DNA from: Candidatus Micrarchaeota archaeon | GTDB lineage: Archaea > Micrarchaeota > Micrarchaeia > Micrarchaeales > CABMGC01 | Assembly: GCA_027319905.1 (NCBI GenBank) | Contig: DAHVMJ010000001.1 | Span: 97,421 to 161,420 of the forward strand | Length of the DNA: 64,000 nt | Reading direction: 5' to 3' | Position numbers and translations under genes: made by a program | Notes under the pieces: generated by a model | Seen by the model: the letters and a program-made list of their open reading frames with translations, nothing else | What the model was told of the DNA's origin: nothing | Databases searched by the model: none | Shown: piece by piece, positions 1 through 9,376 of the stretch | How the letters are laid out: the number at the start of each line of letters is the position of its first letter | Position numbering within the stretch: the first letter of the stretch is position 1

Positions 1-1
1 C

Positions 2-520
2 GCGAGACTTGCGCTAAAGGTGTTGTCCAGGGCCGGAGAGATAGCGGAGGAGACTGGGAAGAGCAAGGTCAGCGAGGAGGAAGTGAAGGAGGCGCAGAAG
101 GATGCTGAGGAGCAGGTTGCGTACGACGTTATCTCTACGCTGCCTGAGCACCAGAAGCTCGTGCTCTACTCCATCGCGCTGCTTTCGCTGCAGGGCAGCA
201 GATACAAGAAGCTGACAGACGGCAACGACATGTACATCTTCAGCGGCGAGGTCTACAACAAGTACAGCAGGGTGAGCAATACGCTCAGCCGCGAACCGAA
301 GAGCAGCAGGTGGTACCGCAAGTACATAGCTGATCTCGAGATGCAGGGGCTGATAGACACTTATGAGAGCGGGAAGGGTATAAGAGGCCATACGAAGCTG
401 ATCAAGCTTGCGTATCCTCCGGAGAAGATAAAAGAAACGATAGAAAAGAGCCTGTTCGCGGAGAGCGAAGCGAAAGGAGAAGCTCCGAAAAGCGAAGACA
501 CAGCGAAGAAGCAGCCGTAG
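2..520 (+). CDS. cdc6: Orc1/Cdc6 replication initiator, C-terminal part (5' end outside window)
   Basis: Frame is open from the window edge to the stop at 518-520. The tail (EHQKLVLYSIALL...YRKYIADLEMQGLIDTYESGKGIRGHTKLIKL) fits the lid plus winged-helix end of archaeal Orc1/Cdc6. Confidence 0.8.
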   Translation, partial: ARLALKVLSRAGEIAEETGKSKVSEEEVKEAQKDAEEQVAYDVISTLPEHQKLVLYSIALLSLQGSRYKKLTDGNDMYIFSGEVYNKYSRVSNTLSREPKSSRWYRKYIADLEMQGLIDTYESGKGIRGHTKLIKLAYPPEKIKETIEKSLFAESEAKGEAPKSEDTAKKQP

Positions 521-525
521 TACGT

Positions 526-1053
526 TCAGTTGCGCTCTAGGATTGCCAGCGCCACTCTCTGATTGGTTTCTTCTTCATCTATTGCTTTGCTGACAGCGCC
601 ATTGGCTATTGCTATATGCACTAGAAGCAACCTTTCTTTGCCTTCGATTTTCAGCAATCGTGATTCTGATTTTCTCTTTCCAAATACGCCAAGCTCCCTA
701 TCTACAGCCGCTATTTTCTTGTCAATCTTTGTAAGGTAATCGTTCCTGCTTTGCGATTCGTAAGAGTACGTTTGCGTCTTGAACCTGCCCCACATCGCCT
801 TAACTCCGTCCCATTTCTCATGCAGATCCCCTAGCGTGATTTCCTTTCTTCTGGTGAGGGGAAGCCCAAACTCCAGCGAATTGCCGTCTCTTTCGCAGAA
901 TGGTGGCGTCCATGGGTCGAACTTTTCTATTGACCCGCATTTTGAGCACATGGTCAGCGCCGTGGTGAACTTTATCTGGTCTGCGTAGGTTCCTTCAGTG
1001 AATGCAAGACTACGTGCCTGCGCGCGTGTCAGGCCGCCGTATTTTAGAGGCAT
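526..1053 (-). CDS. hypothetical protein (175 aa from the internal Met)
   Basis: Longest ORF is 526-1164. I chose the start at 1053 (MPLKYGG...) so it does not run into the divergent Rpp30 gene. No motif recognised. Confidence 0.45.
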   Translation of the reverse strand: MPLKYGGLTRAQARSLAFTEGTYADQIKFTTALTMCSKCGSIEKFDPWTPPFCERDGNSLEFGLPLTRRKEITLGDLHEKWDGVKAMWGRFKTQTYSYESQSRNDYLTKIDKKIAAVDRELGVFGKRKSESRLLKIEGKERLLLVHIAIANGAVSKAIDEEETNQRVALAILERN

Positions 1054-1111
1054 TGTGTCGCTACTCTTTCTTTTTGGGAGCTTTATAAGCATTGGCTTCA
1101 AAAATAATGCG

Positions 1112-1618
1112 ATGCGATTTTTTGATCTGGTCGTTATGCAGAACGTACCTGAGCCGCTGTGCAAGCGGCTGGGCTACAGCAAAATATTCAGTGCGGGAAA
1201 AGATGTCGGGATTCTTGAGAATGCCGCGCAGGACAGGAGCAAAGTTGTCATCAGGAGCGACAATCTAGAAGCAATTGTCAAAGGCCTCAGGCAGAACAAC
1301 GTGATCGGGCTGCTTCCGAAGAACGTTACCGTAAGCAGAAAGGCAATTGAAGTAGTGAAGGAAAGTGAGAAAATCGTGCTCCTGCCTCTGTGCGAAGTAA
1401 CAAAGGGTGAAGACGCGTTACGGGCAGCGCAGTTGGCAAAGATGAGGAAGCTTGTGAGGAGCGTGCTGATCGCAAAGGCGCCTTTCGCCTTGGTTTCGCT
1501 TGCCGACAACAGAGAAAACCTGATATCGAGCTTGCAAATGACGGAGGTTGCTGGTTTTCTTGGAATTCCGAGAGAGCGCGCCAAATCTGCGATGGGCATT
1601 ATTGGTGACCTGCTATGA
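1112..1618 (+). CDS. RNase P protein component 3 (Rpp30-like)
   Basis: ATG at 1112 (MRFFDLVV). The C-terminal pattern LLPLCEV...RKLVRSVLIAKAPFALVSLADNRENLISSLQM...LGIPRERAKSAM resembles the Rpp30 TIM-barrel tail. It overlaps the start of the Pop5-like gene by 4 nt, a known gene pairing. Confidence 0.6.
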   Translation: MRFFDLVVMQNVPEPLCKRLGYSKIFSAGKDVGILENAAQDRSKVVIRSDNLEAIVKGLRQNNVIGLLPKNVTVSRKAIEVVKESEKIVLLPLCEVTKGEDALRAAQLAKMRKLVRSVLIAKAPFALVSLADNRENLISSLQMTEVAGFLGIPRERAKSAMGIIGDLL

Positions 1619-1944
1619 TATTCAGGAAAAAACTGCGTTACATACTCGTAGAGACGAGTGGGAAGGTCGATATGGACGATATGAGAAAACAGGGCGCGCT
1701 GGGGGCCGGAATGCTGAGCTTTCTAGGAGAGCTCTCGTACTTCAAAGCGAACCCTCACGTCGCGGCGCAGCTAAGCGACAACATGTTTGTACTGAGCGTC
1801 AACAGGGGCTACGAGAGAGACATTGTGCTCGCGCTGTCTTTCATAAAGGAACTCATGGGCGCGAGAGTTGGGTTTTACACGATAAGGACTTCAGGCACTA
1901 TTAGAAGTTTGAAGGACTACTTTGCCGAAGCGCGGGGTGCTTGA
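1615..1944 (+). CDS. RNase P protein component 2 (Pop5-like)
   Basis: 109 aa. KKLRYILVE...FLGELSYFKANP...VNRGYERDIVLALSFI...IRTSGTIRSLKDYF matches the Pop5 pattern (K-RYI, LGE, SGTI). Confidence 0.65.
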   Translation: MIFRKKLRYILVETSGKVDMDDMRKQGALGAGMLSFLGELSYFKANPHVAAQLSDNMFVLSVNRGYERDIVLALSFIKELMGARVGFYTIRTSGTIRSLKDYFAEARGA

Positions 1945-1947
1945 CGT

Positions 1948-2628
1948 ATGATCAAACTCATTGTCTTCGATTTCAGCGGGGTGCTTGCTGACAGAAGCTT
2001 TGGAGATGCATACTTTGAAAAAGAATTTGCGAAGTTCTTGAAAAGACACGGAGCGGAAGGAGCGGACGCTGATGCGGCATGGGAGAGCATACCCGCGATG
2101 ATTCACACCGGAAAGATGACGATGAAAGAAGGCAGGAGGATCTTCCTGCGGCGACTCGGTCTGCCGCTCAAACTGCTTGGCGAGTATAAGCGTATTGATG
2201 AGAATTCCTGGAGATGCGTGAGGCTTTCTGAAAGAAGCGTGGTGAAGACCCTGGAGAAACTGCGCAGTTCTGGGATCAGGCTGGCGGTGCTCTCTGATAC
2301 GCTATACGGGTCAAGCAACCTGAGAAAGATATTGAGGATGCTCGGCATAGGAAAGTACATGCACGGTGTTTACGTATCTGCTGAGATGGGGCTCAAGAAA
2401 CCACACAGGAAAACGTACACGACAGTACTCGGCGCCTTCAAGGCAAAACCAGCAGAAACGCTCTACGTGGCACACGACGAGGATGAGCTTGTGGGTGCGC
2501 GCCACCTTCGGATAAAAACGCTTTCTTACAGGGGGGATAGGAACGCGGATTACAGGATAAATAAGTTCTCAGATATCCTGAAAGTAGTCGATAGGCTAAA
2601 TGGAGGTCTTGTACGGCGACTCACCTAA
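1948..2628 (+). CDS. HAD-superfamily hydrolase
   Basis: N-terminal IKLIVFDFSGVL (HAD motif I with a single Asp), VLSDT (motif II) and a late K...HDEDE region. Confidence 0.75.
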   Translation: MIKLIVFDFSGVLADRSFGDAYFEKEFAKFLKRHGAEGADADAAWESIPAMIHTGKMTMKEGRRIFLRRLGLPLKLLGEYKRIDENSWRCVRLSERSVVKTLEKLRSSGIRLAVLSDTLYGSSNLRKILRMLGIGKYMHGVYVSAEMGLKKPHRKTYTTVLGAFKAKPAETLYVAHDEDELVGARHLRIKTLSYRGDRNADYRINKFSDILKVVDRLNGGLVRRLT

Positions 2629-2906
2629 AGCACGAATGCTGAGGTGCACGGAAGGATGGGATGTTAGGAGTGGGCATCTCAAAATGAGCCGCGCACCTCT
2701 GCAATATGAAAAATAAGCGGGTGCTCCCGACGAGTATGTTGCTCGGCCTTCTATAAATACGTTTTGGAGAAATAACGCACGAGTTCGAGACATTTTATGA
2801 CGTTATTTGCCTATTACTGCAGTTTTGGGAGCCATCTCCCTCACAGGGGACGCGTGATTCTGGCGCGCGAATATTAGCGGAATTCCCCCTCGGATATCGG
2901 GAAACC

Positions 2907-2915
2907 TTTATTATA
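2907..2915 (+). promoter_or_regulatory. TATA-box-like element upstream of the OB-fold gene
   Basis: TTTATTATA lies 35 nt upstream of ATG 2950. GGTGA at 2941-2945 could act as a Shine-Dalgarno sequence. Confidence 0.45.
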
Positions 2916-2949
2916 GCATAGGGACAATACTCTAGATTACGGTGAACTG

Positions 2950-3249
2950 ATGAAGATATCAGAACTGAAAGCGGGTGCTACTAACGTAGAACTTGAAGGC
3001 ACCATCACGGAGAAGAGTGACCCTAGAGAGGTCGTCACAAAGTACGGCAAGAGACTGAACGTGGCCGACGCTGTGATAAGCGACGACACGGGCAGCATAG
3101 CCATATCGCTCTGGGAAGGAAACATCGACCTGGTGAACGTTGGAGACAAAGTAAAGGTAACCAACGGCTACGTGAGCGAGTTCAAGGGCAACCCACAGCT
3201 TTCCACAGGCAAGTACGGCAAGATAGAAGTCGTAGGAAAGGGCGAATAA
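2950..3249 (+). CDS. single OB-fold nucleic-acid-binding protein (SSB/RPA-like)
   Basis: 99 aa. V.LEG.I....REV....G....VADAVI.DDTGSI..SLWE....V..GD.V.V.NGYV.EF.G...L..GKYG is the typical pattern of short archaeal OB-fold ssDNA-binding proteins. Confidence 0.7.
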   Translation: MKISELKAGATNVELEGTITEKSDPREVVTKYGKRLNVADAVISDDTGSIAISLWEGNIDLVNVGDKVKVTNGYVSEFKGNPQLSTGKYGKIEVVGKGE

Positions 3250-3343
3250 TAGCACCCTGATTCTTGGCGTTTTATCGATGCTAGCGGAGCGAGGTCTTCT
3301 GCGTGTGGTTTGACGCACACGAATGAGCTCGCGATTCGGATAA

Positions 3344-4603
3344 CTAAAAATCGAACTTTAGCATGTCACCCTGTCTTGGAACCGAGACGTTGATGCCCTC
3401 GGCCTTCAGGCTCTCAGCAAAGTCATCTGCAATCTTCTGATCTCCATGCACGCACACCACTTGCTCTGGATTGCTCTTTTTCACGTACTCGTAGAGGTCT
3501 GACTTCCCCGCGTGGGCTGAGAAGTCATAGTATACCCACGGCGTCTTGACTACCTCCTTCCTTCCGTCTACCATTATGGGCTTACCCGCCATCAGCTTGC
3601 TGCCATTGGTGCCGTCAACCTGGTAGCCTGTGAGGAATATCTTTGAGTTTGGTCCCAGCTTGGTTATGTAGTTGAGTACCGGCCCGCCGTTCAGCATGCC
3701 CGCGGTGGTGAGTATTATGCTTGGCCCGCTGACTGCGCTGCTCCTGTGCTCCTCGCTGCCTATCCAGGTTATTTTCTTGATCGCGTCGTGCAGCAGATTC
3801 ACATTCCTTATGTATTCAGGGTAACGCATGGACACCTGCGTTGCCTTCCTCGCCATGCCATCTATGAACACGTAGTCTGTGAGCGAGTTCTTCTGGAGTA
3901 TGGCAAGTATCTCCTGTGCCCTGCCTACCGCGAATGTGGGTATGAGTGCCGTGCCTCCCGCGTCGAGCGTCTGGCGCACCTCATCAACGAACCTCTTCAG
4001 AAGCGCCTCTCTCTCGGGATGCTCGCGGTTGGCATACGTCGTTTCCGTGAGCAGCACATCGCTCTTGATTATGTCGGCGCTCCCCTGTATCATCTGCGGC
4101 TCGAGCTTGAAGTCGCCGGTGTAGACGAGCCTCCTGCCCGTCTTCCTGCTCTCTATCTTGGTGATTGAGCTACCGCTTATGTGCCCGGCATCATAGAGCG
4201 TTATAGAGTACTCTCCTGCGTCTACTTCCTCTCCGTACTCGTGCCCTGAGAACCTTTCCAGCATGGTGTGCAGATTGTGTTTGTTGAACTTCGGAGGCTG
4301 GTGGTTCTTCTTCCCCACCTTCATCGAGTCCTCAATCAGGAGGTTGCTCAGCTCCTTTGTCGGTTCGGTGCCGTAGGTTATCGGCACGCCTTCCTTGTAC
4401 AAAAAGGGGAAGTTGCCGCTATGGTCTATGTGCGCATGACTGAGCACGCATGCATCCACCTTTCCGGGAGCAAGAGGGTATTCGGTTTTGTGGTTCAGTT
4501 TTATGCCGTAGTCCAGCATTATGTTTTTGCTGCCCTTGAACAAAATGGCGGATCTCCCCACTTCGCTCGCTCCGCCGAGAAAATGAAGTTCCAAATGAAT
4601 CAA
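3344..4603 (-). CDS. beta-CASP metallo-beta-lactamase RNase (aCPSF2-like, no KH domains)
   Basis: 419 aa. LGGASEVGRS and HAHIDHSG (HxHxDH), with beta-CASP downstream motifs and a C-terminal VHGD. Confidence 0.85.
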   Translation of the reverse strand: MIHLELHFLGGASEVGRSAILFKGSKNIMLDYGIKLNHKTEYPLAPGKVDACVLSHAHIDHSGNFPFLYKEGVPITYGTEPTKELSNLLIEDSMKVGKKNHQPPKFNKHNLHTMLERFSGHEYGEEVDAGEYSITLYDAGHISGSSITKIESRKTGRRLVYTGDFKLEPQMIQGSADIIKSDVLLTETTYANREHPEREALLKRFVDEVRQTLDAGGTALIPTFAVGRAQEILAILQKNSLTDYVFIDGMARKATQVSMRYPEYIRNVNLLHDAIKKITWIGSEEHRSSAVSGPSIILTTAGMLNGGPVLNYITKLGPNSKIFLTGYQVDGTNGSKLMAGKPIMVDGRKEVVKTPWVYYDFSAHAGKSDLYEYVKKSNPEQVVCVHGDQKIADDFAESLKAEGINVSVPRQGDMLKFDF

Positions 4604-4647
4604 CGTTTATTAAAAGATATGGGGCTTAAGATTAATATTGTGAACGA

Positions 4648-5286
4648 ATGAGGTTGTTGCTTACTTCTGCGGGAATCACAAACAGGACTATCGCAAACGC
4701 CTTGAGAAGGCTTGCCGGAAAAAGAATAATGACGGCATTCATACCCACTGCAGCTAACGCAGATGCTGGAGACAAAAGCTGGCTTATTAAGAATTACGAA
4801 GAGTTTAGACGATTAGGGCCCATAGATATTGTGGACATCTCCGGGATGGACAAAGATGTCTGGTTGCCAAGACTCAGAGCTGCAAACGTGATTGTCTTTG
4901 GAGGTGGCAACACACTTCATCTCATGAAGTGCGTTCTAAAATCCGGTCTTAAAAGGGAGCTGCGGGGTTTGCTGAAAAGACGCACCTATGTGGGAATAAG
5001 CGCGGGAAGTATCATAGCCGCAAAAAGGCTATCGGCAACATCGGTGTTTTTGTACTCAAACAAAAAAACGATGGCGCCCAGGGGTCTCGGGTATGTTGAT
5101 TTCAACATAAGACCGCACCTGAATTCGCCCCATTCCCCAAAAACAAAAGAAAAGTACCTGGCGAAGGCTTCAAAAAAGGTTAAAGGGAGGCTCTACGCAC
5201 TCGATGACAGTTCGGCGATAGTGTATGCAGATGGCAATACGAAGGTTATTTCTGAAGGAAAATGGAAGGTGTATCAAGGGTTATAA
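4648..5286 (+). CDS. peptidase E / S51-family dipeptidase
   Basis: 212 aa. LLLTSAG...FIPTA......I.FGGGNT..L......GL...L......YVGISAGSI fits the S51 fold, with the Ser nucleophile in ISAGS. Confidence 0.8.
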   Translation: MRLLLTSAGITNRTIANALRRLAGKRIMTAFIPTAANADAGDKSWLIKNYEEFRRLGPIDIVDISGMDKDVWLPRLRAANVIVFGGGNTLHLMKCVLKSGLKRELRGLLKRRTYVGISAGSIIAAKRLSATSVFLYSNKKTMAPRGLGYVDFNIRPHLNSPHSPKTKEKYLAKASKKVKGRLYALDDSSAIVYADGNTKVISEGKWKVYQGL

Positions 5287-5320
5287 TTCTTGACATACTA
5301 AGGCTAAATGACGTGTTGAC

Positions 5321-6037
5321 ATGGCCTCTGATCCTGAAAACGTCAATTTCCTTGACCTCGCTTGTCTTCTGAAGATCGAGACCGACACAACCCTCGAGCG
5401 ATTTGGAAGCGTGATAAACGCGAGCGTTTTCGACGCTGCGAATATAACAGGATCGCTAAAGCAGAAAGGCCTCATAGACTTCACCGCCTACTATCCCGGC
5501 CCGAACAGCATCGTGGTTACAGACACTGGCAAGAAGCTGAAGGCCGACGCTGATGCGAAGAGCGCGGAGACCCTAGACAGTCTGGATGACGAGATACTCA
5601 AGCAGATGTCTGGGGGCAAGCGCTTCCCGACAGAGCTGAAGAGCACTCTGAACATACGCTCCAAGGACCTAGCCTTCAGGATATACAAGCTGTTCAAGCA
5701 GAACCTGGTAAGCTACGAGCTCAAGAACGGCAACGTGGAACTCATGCTCACCGAGCAGGGTTTCCTCAAAGCCAAGCCGGCGCAGACCGTGCAGATACCT
5801 ACGCCGTCACAGATGCAGGCGACGCCGCAGGCGGGGCCCGCACCGAAAGAGCAGGCGAAGGGAAATGAGGCTGCACAGATAAACAACGGCGCAGTGGACA
5901 TTAATCAGATGGCTGCGGAGCTGAAGAAACCGAAGAAGGGAAGGAAGGGCCTGATGATAGCGGTAGTTGTTGTGGTCGTGATAATTGCAGTGCTCTACTA
6001 CCTCTACTACCAGGGTATGCTCCAGTTTGCTTTGTGA
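5321..6037 (+). CDS. hypothetical tail-anchored protein (two wH-like repeats, PQ/A-rich linker, C-terminal TM)
   Basis: 238 aa. The C-terminus LMIAVVVVVVIIAVLYYLYY is a single TM helix, preceded by the basic stretch KKPKKGRKG. Confidence 0.6.
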   Translation: MASDPENVNFLDLACLLKIETDTTLERFGSVINASVFDAANITGSLKQKGLIDFTAYYPGPNSIVVTDTGKKLKADADAKSAETLDSLDDEILKQMSGGKRFPTELKSTLNIRSKDLAFRIYKLFKQNLVSYELKNGNVELMLTEQGFLKAKPAQTVQIPTPSQMQATPQAGPAPKEQAKGNEAAQINNGAVDINQMAAELKKPKKGRKGLMIAVVVVVVIIAVLYYLYYQGMLQFAL

Positions 6038-6041
6038 GAAC

Positions 6042-6659
6042 ATGGCATTACTTGAATACATGCAGGCAAAGAAGCTGCTGGACAAGTACAAGATACGCAG
6101 CGCCGACAGCGGATACGTGGGGAGCGTGAAGGAAGCGGTTGCCTTCTCCGCGGGAAAGCGAATAGTACTCAAGCTCATTTCTGTAAAGGCGCTGCACAAA
6201 AGCAAGGCCGGACTGGTAAAACTCGATCTAGAAAAGGAAGACGAGATTGCAAGTGCGTACGATGACCTGATGAAACGCGGAAAGACTCTGAAACCTTACA
6301 AGATACTGGCGCAGAAGATGGCGGAACCGGGAGTTGAGATAATAATAGGCGGAAACACAGACAAACAGTTCGGAAAGATGCTTCTGGTGGGGCTCGGTGG
6401 AGTTTATGTGGAAGCGTTCAAGGATGTTCAGATGCGTCTATGCCCCATAACGAAGGCCGACGCCGAGGATATGCTCGCCGAGCTGCAGTCAAGGAACGTG
6501 GTAACGTACAACGGTAAGGCGGAAGACGAGATAGTTTCATTGCTCATGAAGGTCTCGAAGCTGCTGGTTGAGAGCAAGGGCGTACAGGAGCTTGACCTCA
6601 ATCCAGTGGTGGTGAGGCCAAACTCATACGAGGTTGTTGACATTAGGATACTTACGTGA
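6042..6659 (+). CDS. ADP-forming acetyl-CoA synthetase, beta (ATP-grasp) subunit
   Basis: Start at ATG 6042 (MALLEYMQAKKLLDKY). GVEIIIGG..D.QFG..LLVGLGGVYVE...D...RL.P and LDLNPV are typical of the ACD beta subunit. Confidence 0.8.
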   Translation: MALLEYMQAKKLLDKYKIRSADSGYVGSVKEAVAFSAGKRIVLKLISVKALHKSKAGLVKLDLEKEDEIASAYDDLMKRGKTLKPYKILAQKMAEPGVEIIIGGNTDKQFGKMLLVGLGGVYVEAFKDVQMRLCPITKADAEDMLAELQSRNVVTYNGKAEDEIVSLLMKVSKLLVESKGVQELDLNPVVVRPNSYEVVDIRILT

Positions 6660-6663
6660 AAAA

Positions 6664-8058
6664 ATGAGCAGCAGAGTAGACCTTACACCAATGATGAAGC
6701 CGAAGAGCGTGGCCATAATAGGCGCCTCGCGCAACCCAGAGAAGGTGGGAAACGTCATACTTCAGAACTACGTGAGCGCAGGCTATCCGGGCAAGCTTTA
6801 TCCAGTAAATCTCAACGCCGAGGAAGTGTTGGGTTTCAAAGCATACAAGAAGGTCACCGATATCGGCGCTGAGGTAGACCTGGCAGTGATTGCAATACCC
6901 GCTGCTGCTGTGCCACTGGCGCTCGAACAGTGCGGAAGAGCAAAGGTAAAGTCCGCAGTTGTGGTGAGCGGAGGATTCGCAGAGATAGGGGAGACAAAAC
7001 TACAGGAAAGAATCACTGAAATAGCAAAGAAGTACCACATAGCGATGGTGGGGCCTAACTGCCTCGGGGTGATGGACACGCGTTCGAAGGTAGACACGCT
7101 ATTCCTACCCACCAAGAAGATAAGCAAGCCAAAGGTGGGCTTTGTCAGCTTTGTGTCTCAGAGCGGCGCTGTGGGCAGCACCGTACTAGACGTGATCGCT
7201 GATGAGGGCTTCGGGCTATCGAAGTTCATATCCTACGGCAACGCCGCGTACGTAGACGAAGTGGACATACTTGAATACCTGATGAACGACGACGAGACCA
7301 AGGTGATTGTGCTATATATTGAGGGCATAAAGCGCGGGAAGGAGTTCGTCGAGCTCGCAAAGAAGCTTACAAGGATAAAGCCAGTTGTTGTGCTGAAGGC
7401 AGGCAGAACGAGCGCGGGCACTGCAGCGGCGCAGTCTCACACGGCATCGCTTGCAGGGAACTATGCAGTGCACGAGGCAATATTCAGGCAGTTCGGCTTC
7501 GCTGTTGCCAATGACCTGACCGAGCTTCTCTACTACGCGAAGATTTTCGCTTCGGAGGTAAAGCCGAGAGGAAACCGGGTGGCGGTGATAACAAACGGAG
7601 GCGGTGCTGGGGTTATAACTGCTGACGAGATTGCGTCTTCGCGCTACCTGAAGATGGCCGATTACACAGATGGCACAAAGAAGTCGCTGAGGAAGGTGAT
7701 GCCTGCGCTGGTAAACATGACAAACCCCATGGATCTCGCAGGAGACGCGGACGAAAACAGATACAGGTTTGCGCTTGATGCTCTAGGTGCGGACGCAAAC
7801 GTAGACATGCTCATCGTGATAATACTTTATCAGACGCCGGGCGCAGATCCGGCGGTTACCAACGAGGTTGTGCAGAAGAAGATAACGCTGAACAAGCCGC
7901 TGCTAGTGGTCAGCATAGGTTCGGACTACACCGAGAAACAGGTCAAACTGCTGGAAGAAGGGGGTGTGCCAGTATACGATTCTCCGATAGCTGCTATAGA
8001 TTCGCTTGAGGCGCTCTTCGAGTATGCAGAATACAAGAAGAGGCTTGATTCCGATTAG
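6664..8058 (+). CDS. ADP-forming acetyl-CoA synthetase, alpha (CoA-binding) subunit
   Basis: Start at ATG 6664. KSVAIIGASRNP.KVG, GPNCLGV, and the phosphohistidine loop AQSHTASLAG. Confidence 0.85.
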   Translation: MSSRVDLTPMMKPKSVAIIGASRNPEKVGNVILQNYVSAGYPGKLYPVNLNAEEVLGFKAYKKVTDIGAEVDLAVIAIPAAAVPLALEQCGRAKVKSAVVVSGGFAEIGETKLQERITEIAKKYHIAMVGPNCLGVMDTRSKVDTLFLPTKKISKPKVGFVSFVSQSGAVGSTVLDVIADEGFGLSKFISYGNAAYVDEVDILEYLMNDDETKVIVLYIEGIKRGKEFVELAKKLTRIKPVVVLKAGRTSAGTAAAQSHTASLAGNYAVHEAIFRQFGFAVANDLTELLYYAKIFASEVKPRGNRVAVITNGGGAGVITADEIASSRYLKMADYTDGTKKSLRKVMPALVNMTNPMDLAGDADENRYRFALDALGADANVDMLIVIILYQTPGADPAVTNEVVQKKITLNKPLLVVSIGSDYTEKQVKLLEEGGVPVYDSPIAAIDSLEALFEYAEYKKRLDSD

Positions 8059-9257
8059 GAAAAGAGTTCCTCCAGCGCTTTCTTCACCACCTTGTCCTTG
8101 CTGCCTTCCTCGCTGAGAAGCTCGAAGAGTTCCGATGGGCTAACTCCGAGTTCGTACTTGCTCTGTTTCAGCTTCTCCACGAATATGCCAAGCCCGTAGT
8201 CCTTGACCGACATGTTCTCCAGGGTGCCCTTCCTGAGTGCGTCGACGTCTGTACTGTTCTCCATTACCTCGTCCATCCCAGGCTTCGCTATCTCCACGAT
8301 CGCCCTCCCTGCATACTCCCCTATTATGCCATGAAAATCCACATCTATCCCGCGCACCCCTTTTTTCATCGTGCCATCTATCTCGACGCGAACCACCGGG
8401 TTTGCTGGAAAAGACGAGAGCACGGAGTCTATGCTTTTCTTTATCTCGCTTGATAGCACGTCAGCGGACCTGCCATCAGCACTCACAGTTACGACTACGA
8501 ATTTTCTGGACTTTATCTTGTGGAACGAGTATGTGTTGGCCTTTGTGTCGAACACGAAAAACCCCTTTTCCTCCTGTTCCGCGTCCTTCAGCTGCGTGAG
8601 CACAGTGCTGCCTGGTATCAGGAACTGCTTGCCGTGCACCTTCTTCTCCACCCTGTTGTGTATGTGGCCGTTCACGTAAAGATCGAACCCCTGTGGCAGC
8701 TGGTCGAGGCGTATGAAGTCGTCACTGAAGGGAAGCAGTTCGTACGCTGACTGGTGAAACATGAAGATGCTAAAGTGCCCAGGCATCGGCTTGGGATTGA
8801 GTTTGTGAATCGTTTCAAGGAAACGCTCATCGGATACGCCGCCTATTCCATACACCATTACCTTTTCTCCGTCCTTCTCAACAACCGCAGAACCATCGCT
8901 AACGTCAACAAGAAGCCCGGCAAGGCCGAGAAGATTGACCGGATTCTCAGTTCCCTGCGCACGGCGTTCGTGGGTGCCTGGGATTGCGAGTATGGGCACG
9001 TCCGTATACGCCTTGCCCTCCGCCTCAACTTTTGTCACCTTTGCCGACCATTCTTTTTTCGAAAGGTTGCGGAACAGGTTGATGGCCTCTGCAAGAACGT
9101 CGGGCTTGGGGTTGCGCACATCAAAGATATCACCCGGTATGACTATCGCGTCCGCTGCCTTTGACGCTTCCTCGAGCGCTTCCTCTGCTTGTCTGAAGGC
9201 GTCGCCACGAAAGCGCTCGTAGCCTAGGTGAAAATCGGATGCTATTGCTATCTTCAA
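8055..9257 (-). CDS. mre11: Mre11 DNA double-strand-break repair nuclease
   Basis: 400 aa. Phosphoesterase motifs appear in order: SDFHLG, PGDIFD, PGTHER, MFHQS, NGHIHN. Confidence 0.85.
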   Translation of the reverse strand: MKIAIASDFHLGYERFRGDAFRQAEEALEEASKAADAIVIPGDIFDVRNPKPDVLAEAINLFRNLSKKEWSAKVTKVEAEGKAYTDVPILAIPGTHERRAQGTENPVNLLGLAGLLVDVSDGSAVVEKDGEKVMVYGIGGVSDERFLETIHKLNPKPMPGHFSIFMFHQSAYELLPFSDDFIRLDQLPQGFDLYVNGHIHNRVEKKVHGKQFLIPGSTVLTQLKDAEQEEKGFFVFDTKANTYSFHKIKSRKFVVVTVSADGRSADVLSSEIKKSIDSVLSSFPANPVVRVEIDGTMKKGVRGIDVDFHGIIGEYAGRAIVEIAKPGMDEVMENSTDVDALRKGTLENMSVKDYGLGIFVEKLKQSKYELGVSPSELFELLSEEGSKDKVVKKALEELFS

Positions 9258-9376
9258 ACATACCCCATAGTATTCTACATGAAAAATATTTTAATGCGGT
9301 GCAGGAGGCCTTGGTGTAAGAAATTGGACATGAAGCAAGTAGAAGATAGTGGATGCGGGAAGCCAAGAACACGCTA

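Noticed and set aside
4648-5286. Possible lower-GC, horizontally acquired peptidase E gene
   Set aside because: A rough hand count gave about 47% GC in the first 60 nt, against about 50% for neighbours judged by eye. That difference is too small to support without a proper sliding-window or codon-usage calculation.
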